Shown here: piece by piece, positions 1-12,567 of the stretch | Layout of the letters: each line of letters opens with the position of its first letter | How positions within the stretch are numbered: position 1 is the stretch's first letter | Origin: Phoronis australis | Taxonomy: Eukaryota > Animalia > Phoronida | Assembly: GCA_002633005.1 (NCBI GenBank) | Contig: NMRA01000150.1 | Span: 1,976 to 65,975 of the forward strand | DNA: 64,000 nucleotides | Direction of reading: 5' to 3' | Made by a program: the position numbers and the translations under genes | Notes under the pieces: generated by a model | Databases searched by the model: none | The model's input: only the letters and a program-made list of their open reading frames with translations | What the model was told of the DNA's origin: nothing

Positions 1-301
1 CTTGTCTGCGAATATTTCGGTACTTCTTGTGGCCATAGTGTTCATCAAAACATTTCAGTACCACGTCTAAATTATACCTGTCTTCCGGCGACAAATCAAA
101 TGTATTAAACAATTTGACACCATCTGCCCCAAGGAGATGAAGTAAAATGTTTACTTTCTGTTTACCTGACGCATCCTCGAGTCCGCTTGCAATCAGGTAA
201 ATGTCAAATCGCTGTCGCCACTGGCTCCGACTTTCTCCTGTTTTGTCAGTCTCTAGCTGTACAAACGGTTCTGGCGGGCTCAACTCTAACTTAGCAGCCA
301 T
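1..301 (-). CDS. Gypsy-type gag N-terminus (element A), running off the left edge
   Basis: ATG at 301-299 opens a stop-free frame MAAKLELSPPEPF...QWRQRFDIYLIASGL...KVNILLHLLGADGVKLFNTF...VLKCFDEHYGHKKYRNIRRQ, typical of Gypsy gag; lies just downstream of a PBS. Confidence 0.85.
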   Translation of the reverse strand, partial: MAAKLELSPPEPFVQLETDKTGESRSQWRQRFDIYLIASGLEDASGKQKVNILLHLLGADGVKLFNTFDLSPEDRYNLDVVLKCFDEHYGHKKYRNIRRQ

Positions 302-344
302 TGTTTAGAACAGTAACCAACAACTGAACAAATTGAAATCGCCA

Positions 345-582
345 ACTCCTGACACCATGTAATGGCTTGTGGAGAGAGGAGTAAAGACGACGTCTTTACT
401 TGAACACTACTTTATTGCGGACTGACTACTGTACAACAACATGTTTTTGCAATGCACAATACCACATGCATATGAGTCTCATTTCATAGAACTGTTTGGC
501 AAGACTTATATAATAAACCATTCTAACTAATTGTGCCATATAAGGTAAGTGTAGTTCCAGTACAAATCACAATACTATTACA
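345..582 (-). mobile_element. 5' LTR (358-582) and PBS (345-357) of Gypsy element A
   Basis: LTR ends TGTAAT...ATTACA; TATA-like and AATAAA signals on -; PBS TGGTGTCAGGAGT complementary to the 3' end of tRNA-Leu(CAG). Confidence 0.75.
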
Positions 583-741
583 CATATCGTCCTGCTTTTC
601 GTCAAACTTAGGTAGCTTCGGCTTTACACCACCAATAGCGGATTTGCAGCGACGCCATATTGAAATTAGTTAAAATGGTGCATTGTGGGTGCTGTGGTCA
701 GGATTCCGAAAGCGGCCATAGTAACAAGCATAAAACGCGGT

Positions 742-1700
742 ATGAGCGCGAAGAAAACTTACGGCGGATACACTTGTGTTCCTGGCTACTTCAAAAACAA
801 CAAGAGAGATAAAAATCTGAGTTTGTATGTGTTCCCTGCAAACCAAGAACTTTGTGAAAAATGGATAAACAACATTAGGAGACCTGGGAGTAAGGGGAAA
901 TTTAGCGCATTCAAACGAACGCGGGGCCATCTAGTAGGCAACACGTAGCCCCTCGGTTGGCCATGTAGGGGCTACAATACTTCCATTCGCTTTCTGTACT
1001 CATTTCGTTACTCCAGTGTATTTTAAACGGGCCGTGACCGGATTTGGGTTACCGATTTCGAGTTTTCACCTCGTCAAAAATACACTCTACACTTAAAACT
1101 ATCATTTAAAAAACGCTTACTTTCATCATTGGTCCTTTCTACTTCTATACATATCTTTAATGAAGCTTAGTTGTGACAATTAAGTTGACTTTGGCGAAGA
1201 ATTACAACTCCACTTTTTTGGTTGCCGTTAATTTTATCACCGCGTGCGCGATAACTACAAAGCATGTCAACTGAATCCCGTGAGTTAGGCGCAAGGTTAG
1301 ACTGAGCGAAGCGCGTGACGCTAGCGCGCGACACTTGTAAAATAGCATGAGAAGGTATCGGGTGAAACTTGTAAGATGTGTGTCCCTTGGACTTTTTATT
1401 CGTCAACANTTCCTGGTGGAAAAAAGACTTATGAGAACAACATTCCGACGGAGTTTTCACTTAAAATTAACGTCTCTAGCATATCCACGACGAAAGCTAC
1501 AAAAGTTAAGCAACCCAAGAACTCTCAACTTGTCTGAAACCGGAGGAGATTTCGAAATCAACGCCGATAACCCCAATACTGAACACGGCGACAGTCGTGC
1601 TCTCGGTCACACGGTCACTGATCATAGCTACGCTGTGTTTACAAACGAGAGAGAGGCCTTGCTTGGTATTATAAAGCAAAAAATGAAACATGGTTTTTAG
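742..1700 (+). pseudogene. THAP-domain pseudogene with HCF-1-binding motif
   Basis: YTCVPGY..NKRDKNLSLYVFPANQELCEKWINNIRR, a ~470-bp insertion, then HF.GGKKTYENNIPTEF and DHSY followed by a coiled-coil-like stretch; Cys losses and frameshifts. Confidence 0.7.
920..1395. repeat. Dispersed repeat inserted in the THAP relic; second copy at about 34670-34930
   Basis: Shared blocks gctacaatact, ttcacctcgtcaaaaatac and tttggcgaagaatt; boundaries approximate. Confidence 0.6.
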
Positions 1701-2245
1701 TTTGCAAATCACTCCAAATGCACACACTATCCAGCCTGCTCAAGACATGCCTGACCACAAGCTATCCCATGAGCCTTCGCGAAGGAAGTAACTCGCACAT
1801 GCGCAATGCGTAGTTCGTCTGCGCTGCAAATCCGCTATTGATCTAACATGGCTACCCTCCGCTGCAACCTGTTCAGCTTTCAGTGCTGCTAGCGCCCTCT
1901 CGTGTTCCATTCTTTCTCTCTCCATCTGCTGTTCGGCCTCTCGCGCCCTTTCTTCAGCCTCACGAGCTTGCCTTCTCTCCTCCGACTCTCGCGCATGCCT
2001 TCTCTCCTCCGCCTCAGCCTCTCGCGCCTGCCTTCTCTCCTCCGCCTCGGCCTCTCGCGCTTCAGCTTATTGTTTTTCAACAAACTGTCTGAGATTGTCT
2101 CCCTGCAGACCCATTTCTTGTCCGAGGGCCATCAACTCTCTTAGTTGAGATCTTGTCTCCATAGTGAGTCGCTAATTCCAACAGTCCACGTTATCACACC
2201 TTGTTACCGCCAGGAAGCTCCTGGCGTGTGTGGGTGGGCGCAGGT

Positions 2246-2974
2246 TGTTACAGACCGGTGCTAATAGCTTTCGGTGCGAAGATTGACTGAAGACTGATTC
2301 GAGTTAATCCTTTATTAATCCCGACCGTACGTTCACAAGCCTACTCAAACAAAACGTCCGACGTAATGTCTGTTTATGCTCCAGCCACTGCTGCGAAGCC
2401 TTGACTTGTGTTGAACTTCTGAGACACTTCCAGCAACTGTTACACTCGTTGATTCAATAACCTGCTGTCTATATAGCTGGCTCTCGATTGACTATCGCTG
2501 TAACTGCTGATTCTCTTCACTGCAACTCAACTGTAGTTCTCCTGATTAACTTACTTGAACTGACTTGATCTTCTCTTGAACTGACGTGATCTTTTCGTAC
2601 TCAACTGACTAACACAAACCCGTGTTTGTGTATTTATAGCCTAATGCATTGTTCTAGAACTTTTCATCAATTCAAGCACATACCAGAACTTTCTGGAACC
2701 TACCCAATCATTCTACAAACATGTACTAGTCTCTAGAATATTCCAGACTGCATTAATCACTGTCATGCTAGAGTCTTCTAGAAAGTTCCACACTATACAG
2801 TAGTAAACAAATTACATCATCACTGTTGTGACCTCAGTCTTCTAGAAAGCTCCACACTATTTTGTAGTAAACAAATTACATCATCACTGTACCTAACTCA
2901 GGGGTCATGCCAATCAAACAGAATAACAAAACAAAACAATACAACTAAAAATACTGTCAGACCATATTCTGACA
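2246..2974 (-). mobile_element. 5' LTR of Gypsy element B
   Basis: TG...CA ends; on - strand TATAAATA (2638-2631) and AATAAA (2316-2311); directly upstream of gag B; no canonical PBS recognised. Confidence 0.65.
2631..2852 (-). promoter_or_regulatory. TATA box with five heat-shock-element clusters
   Basis: Perfect GAActTTCtgGAA (2686-2698) and TTCtaGAAagTTC (2776-2788); near-perfect units at 2652, 2731 and 2840; TATA at 2631-2638. Confidence 0.65.
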
Positions 2975-3249
2975 AATAGAATCGACTAACGATTGCTTTC
3001 GCTGCCACGAAAATTCCGCAAGTGAAACGCCTTCTTGGAGAAGCGCATGTGTGTCTCACGGACCATGCTGAACAGAGGCATGCTTACGACCAAGGCCTGG
3101 GAAAAAGAACTGGCGAAAACGATCCTATATCCAGGACCGCCAAACAGAAGCCTGACGAACGAGTCACTCATCAAACAGGTTACATAAAACATTATGTTCT
3201 CATGCCTTGAATTCAGTTGTAATTGATTATTTTCATGGCCAATTCTCCA

Positions 3250-4000
3250 TCATGACGGCGACATCCAGTTGCTCCCAACTTGTTCGATTCTACAGCCCAA
3301 CAACAAGTTGGGAAGTTTACCTCCGTAGTCAATATTTTACACGACTGATTAACTCCATTCTGGCATTGATGGTTGGAGGGCCTGCGCTCTTTTGTTCGAT
3401 AATTGCTCTAATCTCCGATCAAGTCGTATCTAGTCTGACTGGACTGGGCTGACAAAAATTAAAGTTAAGTTATAACATATTTGAGCTTAAACCAATAGAT
3501 ATCTGAATTCCTCGCGAAATGCTGATCATGTTCCGTTTTTGAATCACCAAAATTGCCCAACTACAACAGGAGTTAAGACAATCCATTCCGTCCAAACGAA
3601 TTACCAACGTACTGGGTTTTACTGTGTTCATACGCGTTCGGTAATAGCGTGCAACCACCACATGTTTCCTTTGAAGCCTGGGAGATAATTGACCTACCGC
3701 AAGCTCTGCCCCTTGCGTAATGTCGACTAACAAGCAATAAGTTTTACCCGGCAACGTGTTGTTTGTCGGGTAAAATGGCGGTTTGGAAACGAAGGTGTGT
3801 CAATAATGCTGCTTTCGAAATGGTCAGTTAAGCCGTCACTCAAAATCCTGGCGATAGGTCAATTGGCCTGCTTGTTATCATACGGGACAAAAGACTGAGC
3901 TGGGCAGTTAACAAAAGAGCCAGATGTTATCGCACGTTCAGCACTACTCACGTCTGGAAAAGTTACTGAAAGACAGAACGCTGTAATGTAATCAAAAACT
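3250..4000. repeat. Dispersed repeat; related copies at about 11750-12290 (direct) and 36755-36920 (inverted)
   Basis: Shared tcccaacttgttcgattcta...caagttgggaagtttacc hairpin, and ttttacccggcaacgtgttgtttgtcgggtaaaa. Confidence 0.7.
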
Positions 4001-4263
4001 GAACAACAACCGATCCGGTTTGCCTCTTGCCTGCCGAACGCAAACACACTAGGCAAAACGTTAAAAATACTGTGTTATCATGCATTGGGCCCGCGCAGAA
4101 TCTGAGTGATCCACCGGTACTGAATTTGAACTCCAAGAGTTGAAGTGCGTACATTTTGGGACGCAACTTCTGCATCATTTTCCACATCTACCAGAAATTG
4201 GACTACCGGCCGCATTTCAACAAAAAATTTTGAAACAGCCCAAAGACAACTGAATATACTGGG

Positions 4264-4516
4264 CATGCGCGCACCTAGCCTTCAATATGGTGGGCTCGAA
4301 TTCCTAACGTTGTGGACCTTTTGGTAACAAAATAGCCGGCGGACTAAAAAAAAGAAAAAGAAAAAAAAACCCGCGCACCACATAAGGTGGTGCGCGTTTG
4401 TGTTTGTTTAGTGGACTTTTGTCTCATTTTTTCGGACTATTTGTTTCTCGCAGNCCACTTCGCCAAATGGGGGGTGATGGCTCGTTTGAGCCCCCCCCCC
4501 TCTGGGTGCGCGCATG
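4264..4516. mobile_element. MITE, CATGCGCGCACC family, 5-bp TSD
   Basis: TIRs catgcgcgcacc / ggtgcgcgcatg; flanks ctggg / ctagg. Confidence 0.75.
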
Positions 4517-6180
4517 CTAGGGAACTCAGGACTTCACCTTTTCAAAGAATGACCATAATAAAACGAACTTTTCCCGAAACTGGATTATATTAAGACGGAT
4601 ATTGACCTTAGAGGCAGCGCAGACGGATAGGTAGGAGCTAAGATGCCTGTCTCAAGTGAATCATAGCAAAGCTGATCAGCGACTAGCCTAGTTCTCATAA
4701 TTTCGTACTTTCACACTGTCAGTTGGTTCACGTGTTACTCAAATCCTGAAGGCTGCATTCTCGAGATTGCCCCCCCCCCTCCCACCTGGTGCAAATATGG
4801 CGGAATCCGGAGGACGGAGGGGGGGGGCGGATAAAGGGTGGTAGTTCGGAGAAGTCGTATTGGTTTGTGCCCTCCAATATTTTTTTGCCTTCCTTCGGGC
4901 CTGATTGTGATGTGTCAACAGTTAGAAAACTGAGATTCTCTGCATAAAAACCCACTCTCCATGGACTTTGTAATAATTTCAATAAAGGGCTTATAATACA
5001 CCGGAAAGGGTCAATTAGTGCAAATGTCACCTAATTTTCAAAAATGTTATTTCTCCTACATTTTCCAAGAAATCCTTTTAAATTTCATCACAAGTGTAAG
5101 CCTACATGCCAATCAAATATCCTACTGTACTAAGCAATCGGACCATCCAATCAGACAAAAAAGGTCAAATGTTTGATCATTGAGTGTAAATTTGAATTTT
5201 GAGCAAGACACTTTGAATTTGTATACACGTGATAATTGGTACATGCACTTGAGTTCCAATTCTAAAGTTTCAGGTCATTTAGAGCAACCATGGGGTCATT
5301 AAGTGCTTTTCTTCTGAAATTTGGACCTTTTCATTCATCACAAAATCTAATGTGTCAACGGTTAGACAACTATCAGTATCAATCACACTTTTTACGAGCT
5401 TTGCAATAATTTCACTACAAAGGGCTATAATGCACAGGAAAGGGTCAATTGGTGCAAAGGTCAACTAATTTTCAAAATCTTATTTCATTTACTTAAATTT
5501 TTTAAGGAATTCTCTTCAATCAAATGCACTACTTTTCTAAGCAATCAGGGAGATAAAATATGTCAAACTTAAGTTTTGAGCTAGACGCTTCAGATTTACA
5601 TATGTGATTGATACATGTCATTGAGTTACAATTCCAAAGTTTCAGGTCATTGAGGTCATTAATTGCATTTTCCCGCTCTTGACTGCGTTAAACCGTAATT
5701 CTACTACAAGAGATTATAATGCACCGGAAAGGTTTAATTAGTGCAAACACTACCTAATTTTCAAACTGTTATTTCTCCTACATTTTAAAGATTTTCCTGT
5801 TTCAGTGTACACAGTGACCCGGTTAGTCAATGTTGTTCAGAGACAGAACAATCTTCTCAGTTCCACCATGTTTCAAAATCGAGTTTTGGAACTCTTTGTG
5901 GAATACGCTCCTTGCAAAGAAATTGTCTTCCGACTCATCCATTGAATTTTTTTGTTGCTCCGAAAGCCCACTACGCAGAAACGTAAACAGTGTACTGACT
6001 TTTATTTTCTATGAAAATGACATTGCAAGTCTGCACCTAACTAAATTGGGAAATGCGAGTAGGTGGCATTGATGTGGGTGAGTGCTGGGATCAAGGATCA
6101 TATTGCCCTGGGGCCCGCTTTTTCTCTCGCCCCCAAACGTTGACACCGACTATCAGACTTTTGACTGCCATGCGGCTTCC

Positions 6181-6325
6181 ATTTAGTGAAAAACAATTAG
6201 TCCCCTGGATATAGCTATTTAGTGAAAAACAATTAGTCCCCTGGATATAGCTATTTAGTGAAAAACAATTAGTCCCCTGGATATAGCTATTTAGTGAAAA
6301 ACAATTAGTCCCCCTGGATATAGTT
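6181..6325. repeat. 36-bp minisatellite, 4 copies
   Basis: atttagtgaaaaacaattagtcccctggatatagct repeated head to tail with no spacers. Confidence 0.95.
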
Positions 6326-7871
6326 GTAACTTGGCAATTTTCTTCGAGTCGCAGATGATTAAACAATGTTTTGAATTCATTATTGTACAATCAGAATTTT
6401 CGACCAAATAGGGAAGGCAATGCCGAGCGCTTTTATCAACAATATACAGTGCTAAAGATAACGTCACCTAATTCTATTTGCTCAGCAAAATTCCGAATTT
6501 AAATTGTATTGCTTGAACAGCTGAAAATGCAAACAGTTGGACCGATTTTTCGTCAGCGGCAATCGTACTGTGTGCGCTGATTCGCGACAAGATCGTAACT
6601 TGTCGCAAAACATTATCAAAAGGTTTGATCGAAAGGTTAGTGAACACCAAAATTGAGACACAGTTCTTACAAGTAGTGTCCATTAACTTACTTAATACAG
6701 AAGGAGTTTCCATTAGATTCTTTCCAAATATAAGTAGGCATTAAATACATTGCCTGTTTATGCAAAGAAAACTTTTGATAATAGACCCCAGCGATTGTCT
6801 CTCATATAAGGCTTTCTTTTTTTTAAAACATATTATTTCCTGCGACATTTTTCATCTGAAAATTGACTTCTTCAGTCGACATGTATTCTGACGTGTCAAC
6901 AGTTAGACACTGTGATTCTCCGCATTAACAACGCTTTTATGGACTTGACATTTATTTGGCTATACTAGAGCTCGGAAAGGGTCAAACACTACAAAAGTAT
7001 CTAAATTCATTCAACTTGGATTACTTTTATACCATTCCTGTCCCAACAGTTAAACATTTGTGATTCACCATGATTCTTGTACAGTTCTGCTGTGGCGCAC
7101 CAGCCACTGGAAAGGTTGTAAACTTTCCAAAAAGTCTGAATCGAGCAGAGTCATTTTTGTCACTTTCTGACAATAATCTTTCTTGTTCAAGCCAGTAGCC
7201 AGCGAGCGGGGGGTGGTTCGAATTTTTAGAACGGTGGACCTTTGATATTTTGAAAACGTCGAAACTGTAGATTTCGATAAGGCACTAGACGCAGCTTAAT
7301 TACGGGGGAGGGAAATCTGTATACATAACGATGACTCACAACTCTATGTTTTTGAGACGAGATGGAATTTCTAATACCGGAAATGAAGATGCTGTGACGG
7401 TTGGTCACAAGGAACGGGACTGAATTCGGATGTAATGTGGTCCAGAAAGAGAACGTTCTCGCGTTACCTCCTGCCAAATTTCAAATCAGGCATGCTTAAA
7501 TGAGTGATTACGCCTCATTACGTAATCGGACGGAAATATGCTTACATAGCTGGAAAAAGGAACACCCCACTTTTTCGAAGGTTTACTACTTCGATGGTTC
7601 ACTACTCCGAAGGTTCACTGCTCAGAATATCTAAAATAGCATATCTAAATATTGGGATACTTATATTAGATACTACTTAAATATATATACCTCTATGTAT
7701 ATTATTTTCATTTATGAATTGCTTACAACCCAGATATAATGCTTCGCGATTTCTGGGTTTGTCATCATTTCTTTGTATGTCTTGTGTATTCTTCAATAAA
7801 TATATATCACTCAAAAAAAGAATATCTAAAATTTCGGACTCAGGTGTAATTTTTATACTTAACATGCAACA

Positions 7872-8021
7872 ATAAACGATACTTCGGTTATAGATGCACT
7901 GAGTGGTGTACCTATACCGAAAACAACGCCCGGGTACTAAAAACACATAAACGATACTTCGGTTATAGATGCACTGAGTGGTGTACCTATACCGAAAACA
8001 ACGCCCGGGTACTAAAAACAC
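7872..8021. repeat. 75-bp tandem duplication
   Basis: ataaacgatacttcgg...gggtactaaaaacac occurs twice. Confidence 0.9.
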
Positions 8022-10798
8022 TTTGTTTGGATTTTATGCACATGCGAATTTGCCCGCATGTCGTACGAATACGGAAAAATGAGTACGTACTTGCATTTTG
8101 AAAAGAATATGAAGTAGGATTATTGAGGATTTATCAACCACGATACATTCTTCAAATCCATGTCAAGATCGCATCGCAGCATGATTGAAAAGTTAAGGGC
8201 CCCTGCGCCTCAACCTAACAAAAGGAACTATGCGCACGGTAGGGTCGAAACTAAAAGTAGTCAGTACCCCCACCCTGTCCCTGCCAATCTTCATGAAATC
8301 AGAGTGTTCTATTCAGTCTTCTTAAATTCAAAACCGGTCGGTCGCCACTGCGACGCGTGCCCCAAATGTTGTCTCCGCAGTTGAGAACGAGTCGTGAGCA
8401 GACAATCAGCGTAATGAACTGTCAGAGTTCTGCTTTCGGAATTGTGGAGATTTGAAGTAATCATCGCCAAACAACTTCCCCATCGCCACCACCTCCGCCA
8501 CCCTCTCCCCAACCCCCGTTCCCACATTTGTACCGAATCTCCCACGTCCGCCCTAGGTGGGGTGCACAGTGGCCGATTTAGGGGGACCAAGAGGCCATAG
8601 CCCACCTAAAATTCAATCAGATTACATTTGGCAGTTCGGGGGTGCGAATTTCTGACCTGTAAAACCCTGGATAGTACTCTGCCCTGCATCCCTCCCCACT
8701 CAAAATCCTGGATCCGTCCCTAGGACAATCCCGGGGATGCAGCCTTTAAGAGTTGAGTAATCGTGAACCAACATGGAGAGTAAGAATGGGCCTAGGGCCA
8801 GTGCACTGACCGGTAGCGAGGAGCTGCCTCAAGTATCTATAGCGGAGATCTAACAGTGTGAAAATACGAAATTCTCGATGAACTAAAGCTAGTTGCTGGT
8901 CAGCTTAACTATGATTCACTTGAGACTTTTAGCTCGTACCGGCCGTCTGCGTTCGCTCTAAGGTCAAGATTCGTTTCATTGTGATCAATTTTCGGGAAAA
9001 CTTTATTTTATTATGGTCATTCTTTGAAGGAGTTTTTTTTTTAAGTGTGGCCCCGAAATCCCTGGTATAATGCCTTTGACCGGTAGTTCAGTTTCTTGTG
9101 GCTGGGGAAAAGGATAGTGTGTCCCAAAAATGTGCACTTTTCCTGAACGCCTGGAGTTTAAATTCAGTTCCCGTGGATCACTGAGATTCTACGCGGGCCT
9201 ACTGCATGGTTACATTTCATTTTAACGTGGGTACGTCAGTCAGGACGTGCACGGGAATCAGGGCAAGCAATCAATTCAGTTTTCAAGAACAAAAATTCAT
9301 TACTCAATACTACTGGAAACTAAAAACATCAAAGACGTGCAAAGACGACCTTTCCAAGCTTTGAGTTTAATTTTATTTTTATTTATTTAAGGATTTTTAA
9401 ACCTTTTTTCTATCTACGGTTTGTGTGTCCGAATTCCATCAATGTGTTTGAGAGTTATTTTAGATATGCAAAAATCGTCTAAGTGTACTTTACTATTTGG
9501 GGATCGGATTATAGAGTTCTTTCCAACTTCAGGGTGCTATCAAATTCTCTGAAACATCATCGATTCTTACAAGATTAGCTTCTAATTGTCAAAAATCATC
9601 TATGAATCTGTCAATTTTTCGTAGATACATAAACAAGTAAATCAGAAACCAAAGAATTTGTTTATCAAAATAGAATGTTTTCCGCATGCATGCTCGCAGA
9701 CTTTTGACAGGTAATCGGGATAATTCATATTAAGGTGTATTTTTTGCTCATTTCAGAGGTACCTATAACGGTTTGCAATGTAAACTTGGACTCCACTGAC
9801 AAAAAAAACGGTGAAGTCTTTTTTATGATTGCGAGAGTTCTTTGAGTACTCCTTTCGACATGTACACGATCAGCCTAGACAACATTGTTTTCCACACGTG
9901 AGAATTCCTTACAAACAACTCATAGCAACCATCTTCAAAAGAGATACTATTCTTCTGACACTACGGGAAACAGTAACATTATTTTATAACTAACCATCAG
10001 AAATAGTCCTTTTATGTAATTCACAAGTAGTGGTCTTCACGTTATTCAAAATTCCACCCTTTCGATGGCGGCAATCCTAATGTATTTTTTTCACATTTTG
10101 GTTGTTTGGGTGGAATGGCTGTGCTGTGATGAATTTGGAATCTTAACTTCCCTTGTGAATACTTGGCAGTGTAGGATTTACATATATAGAGGGACAAAGA
10201 GACATTTTCCCCCGAACTGCTCCACCGAGAGAGGGTACCGTCTGAAATGGGACACCTTAAGATGAAAGGCTAAACATCATTAAGCTTGGAAAAAAGAGTG
10301 GCAGTTCATTCCACCGTAGTGTGATCCCAAAACGATGCAGGGAGTGACCTCCTTCAGCATGAAATCCGGTTGCACGATTTCACAAAAAAACATGAAAATA
10401 GAAGTAATCGATTCCAGTATTGGGCCCTCTCTCAGTGAGCGGTCCCTTAAAAGGATCAACCAAAATGAAAACAACAGAGCCTTAATAGAGGTGGTTACTT
10501 TAGTGTGCTTGAGCAGCAGCCACTGTATACTATGTATTTGCTAAGCAATTTCTAGCAAGACCGTCTAAAATCCCCAATGCAACCATACAAGATGTTCCCA
10601 CCCTAGTTCACTACCATCCTGGTTTTTTATAACCTTAAAGAAGAATGCCACCCGATTTAATTAGTCTTTTTTACCGTCTTAATCGGTCTATATGCTCATC
10701 GCCTCTTATACGGTCGACCTCACCTTGCCGAGAGGTGTCGCCTTAACCTGTCAGGAAGGTGAGAAACGACATAGCGACGTCAGTGGTTCGTCTGCAGA

Positions 10799-11040
10799 AT
10801 GCCGCTATATTGTGGTGTATCGTTCCCGCTTGTCCGAACTATGAAGCTGCGAAGAAAGCGGTTGTATCGTTTTTTTCGACTTCCTCGAGAGCCCAAAATG
10901 CTGAGGAAGTTGCTCGCGTTAGTGAAGAATGAAAGGTATGCTGTTAATAGCAAGTATGAGGCCGTGAAACTTCTCCATGTCTGTGGCCGGCATTTCGTCG
11001 ACAGTGATTTCCCTGACGAATTCTGGCTTACCAAAGAACT
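10799..11040 (+). pseudogene. Degenerate THAP domain, probably transposon-derived
   Basis: MPLYC...FFRLPREPKMLRKLLALVK...LHVCGRHF retains FxxP and CxxHF; the second Cys and the Trp are lost. Confidence 0.55.
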
Positions 11041-12319
11041 ATCCATACGTTTCGTTGTTCACGGAGCCTCTCTAGTATTTTTGATCAGTGTATTCCGGTT
11101 CGAACTGATAGCCTGTGAAACCTTGACGTTCCGACCCGTGAAGTACTTGTCGGACTAAGTTGGCATTGGCGCCGGGCGAGTTGCCATGTAGACGTTTATT
11201 ATTCTGCGTCCTGTTTCAAAATGAATAATTCTCATCCTAATATGATCCTAACCAAATGCTTGTACAAAACTGAAACAAAGCCTGTCTCATTAGATACAAT
11301 TTGTAATGCCTTGGAGTGCTCGTGAGTACAAATGTTTTGCGAAGCCAGCAATGAATAAACCACTGCGTTACCCGTCCGGCTTTTGATGCCGGCAACAAAG
11401 GTAATTGACAGGGCACCGAGGCCGTGTGAGCGCATGCTAATTCAGTGTTTTAATTGCTGATAGAAAGTTGTAGTGAAACAATTACTCGATTTTATATGCT
11501 ATATGGTCACATGTTAGGGGAATCTTTGAAATACATTATTCAAATCATTGTTACCCGTACAACAGTTTGCCCTGACGGTCTGTAGAAGGGGAACCCGACT
11601 TCGCGGCCCCCAACAAGTAAGTAAATTTTCAGTTTCGTGGCTAATTCACATAAATAATTACGTGCACATTATTTCTTTGGCTCAATATTATACCAAGGAG
11701 TGTACTAGTATAGTCTTTTCGTGACTGGAGGTTTAGTTCATTACGGCGTTTTCCCGTTGGTCCCAACTTGTTCGATTCTATAACCCATCAACAAGTTGGG
11801 AAGTTTACCCCTGTAGCCAAAATCTTACATGACTGTGATTAACTCCATTCTGGCATTTATGGTTGGAGGGCCGCCAGCTCTCTTTTGTTCGATAATTGCT
11901 GTAATCCCTAATAAGAACGTATCTACCCTGACTGGGCTGTGCTGTTCTGAAAAATAAAAGTTAAGTTGTAACATATTTGAACATCAAACCAATAGCATTT
12001 CTGAAATGTTCGTCAAATGGCCCGGGTGATCATGTTTGGTTTTTGAATTGCCAAAATCGCCCAACTGCAACCGAAGTTAGGACAATCTATTCTTTCCGAA
12101 TACACTAATTCACTCTGGGTTTGACTGTGTTCAGACGAGGGTCTGTAATAAGCCTGGTAGATTATATGTGGCCTGCCTGTTGTCATAACAGACAAAAGAC
12201 CGTGCTTGGCAGTTAACAAAGATAGATGTTATCACACGCTCACCACCCCCTATACCTCTGGTTAAGTCCCTGAACGGAAAAACGCTGTCATGTTCCAACT
12301 TGAGTTGGTTTATGTTCGT

Positions 12320-12567
12320 GCCAGTCCCGGCGGCCGCGACGGGCCTGATCGGGTTCCGAGCCACTAGCCGGGATAACGAACCAGTCCGGCCGGGACGGGC
12401 CTGGTCGGGTTCCGATCCATTGGCCGGGATAACGAGTCAGCCCGGCCGCGACGGGCCTGATCGGGTTCCGAGCCACTGGCCGGGATAACGAGCCACTCCG
12501 GTCGCGACGGGCCTGATCGGGTCCGAGCCACTGCCCGATGTAACGAGTCAGTCCAGCCGCGACGGGC
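12320..12567. repeat. GC-rich minisatellite, ~57-59-bp unit, about 4 copies
   Basis: gacgggcctgatcgggttccgagccactggccgggataacga repeated. Confidence 0.85.

Larger units (their letters stand above)
637..1836 (+). mobile_element. Non-autonomous THAP-bearing DNA transposon (ISL2EU/Harbinger-like)
   Basis: Perfect inverted match caatagcggatttgcagcg (633-651) / cgctgcaaatccgctattg (1822-1840); AT target duplication; removal restores the host gag frame. Confidence 0.8.
583..2162 (-). pseudogene. Decayed gag of Gypsy element B, split by insertions
   Basis: METRSQLRELMALGQEMGLQG, an E/R-rich coiled coil, then ERERMEHERALAALKAEQVAAEGSHVRS; continues in frame as IGGVKPKLPKFDEKQDDM once 637-1836 and one AT are removed; contains a frameshift and a stop. 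Confidence 0.75.
4057..9230. mobile_element. Old element with long diverged inverted arms (about 4057-4725 and 8850-9230) and internal repeats
   Basis: Arms are reverse complements (e.g. tctcaagtgaatcatag / ctatgattcacttgaga); internal unit gtgtcaacagttaga...aaagggtcaa recurs at about 4910, 5350, 5700 (partial) and 6890. Confidence 0.6.

Noticed and set aside
6181-6325. 36-bp repeats as a CRISPR array
   Set aside because: Units are contiguous with no spacers, there are no cas genes, and the context is eukaryotic
9400-10560. Cys-rich minus-strand relic (CXC- or LINE-like)
   Set aside because: Too decayed to assign by eye
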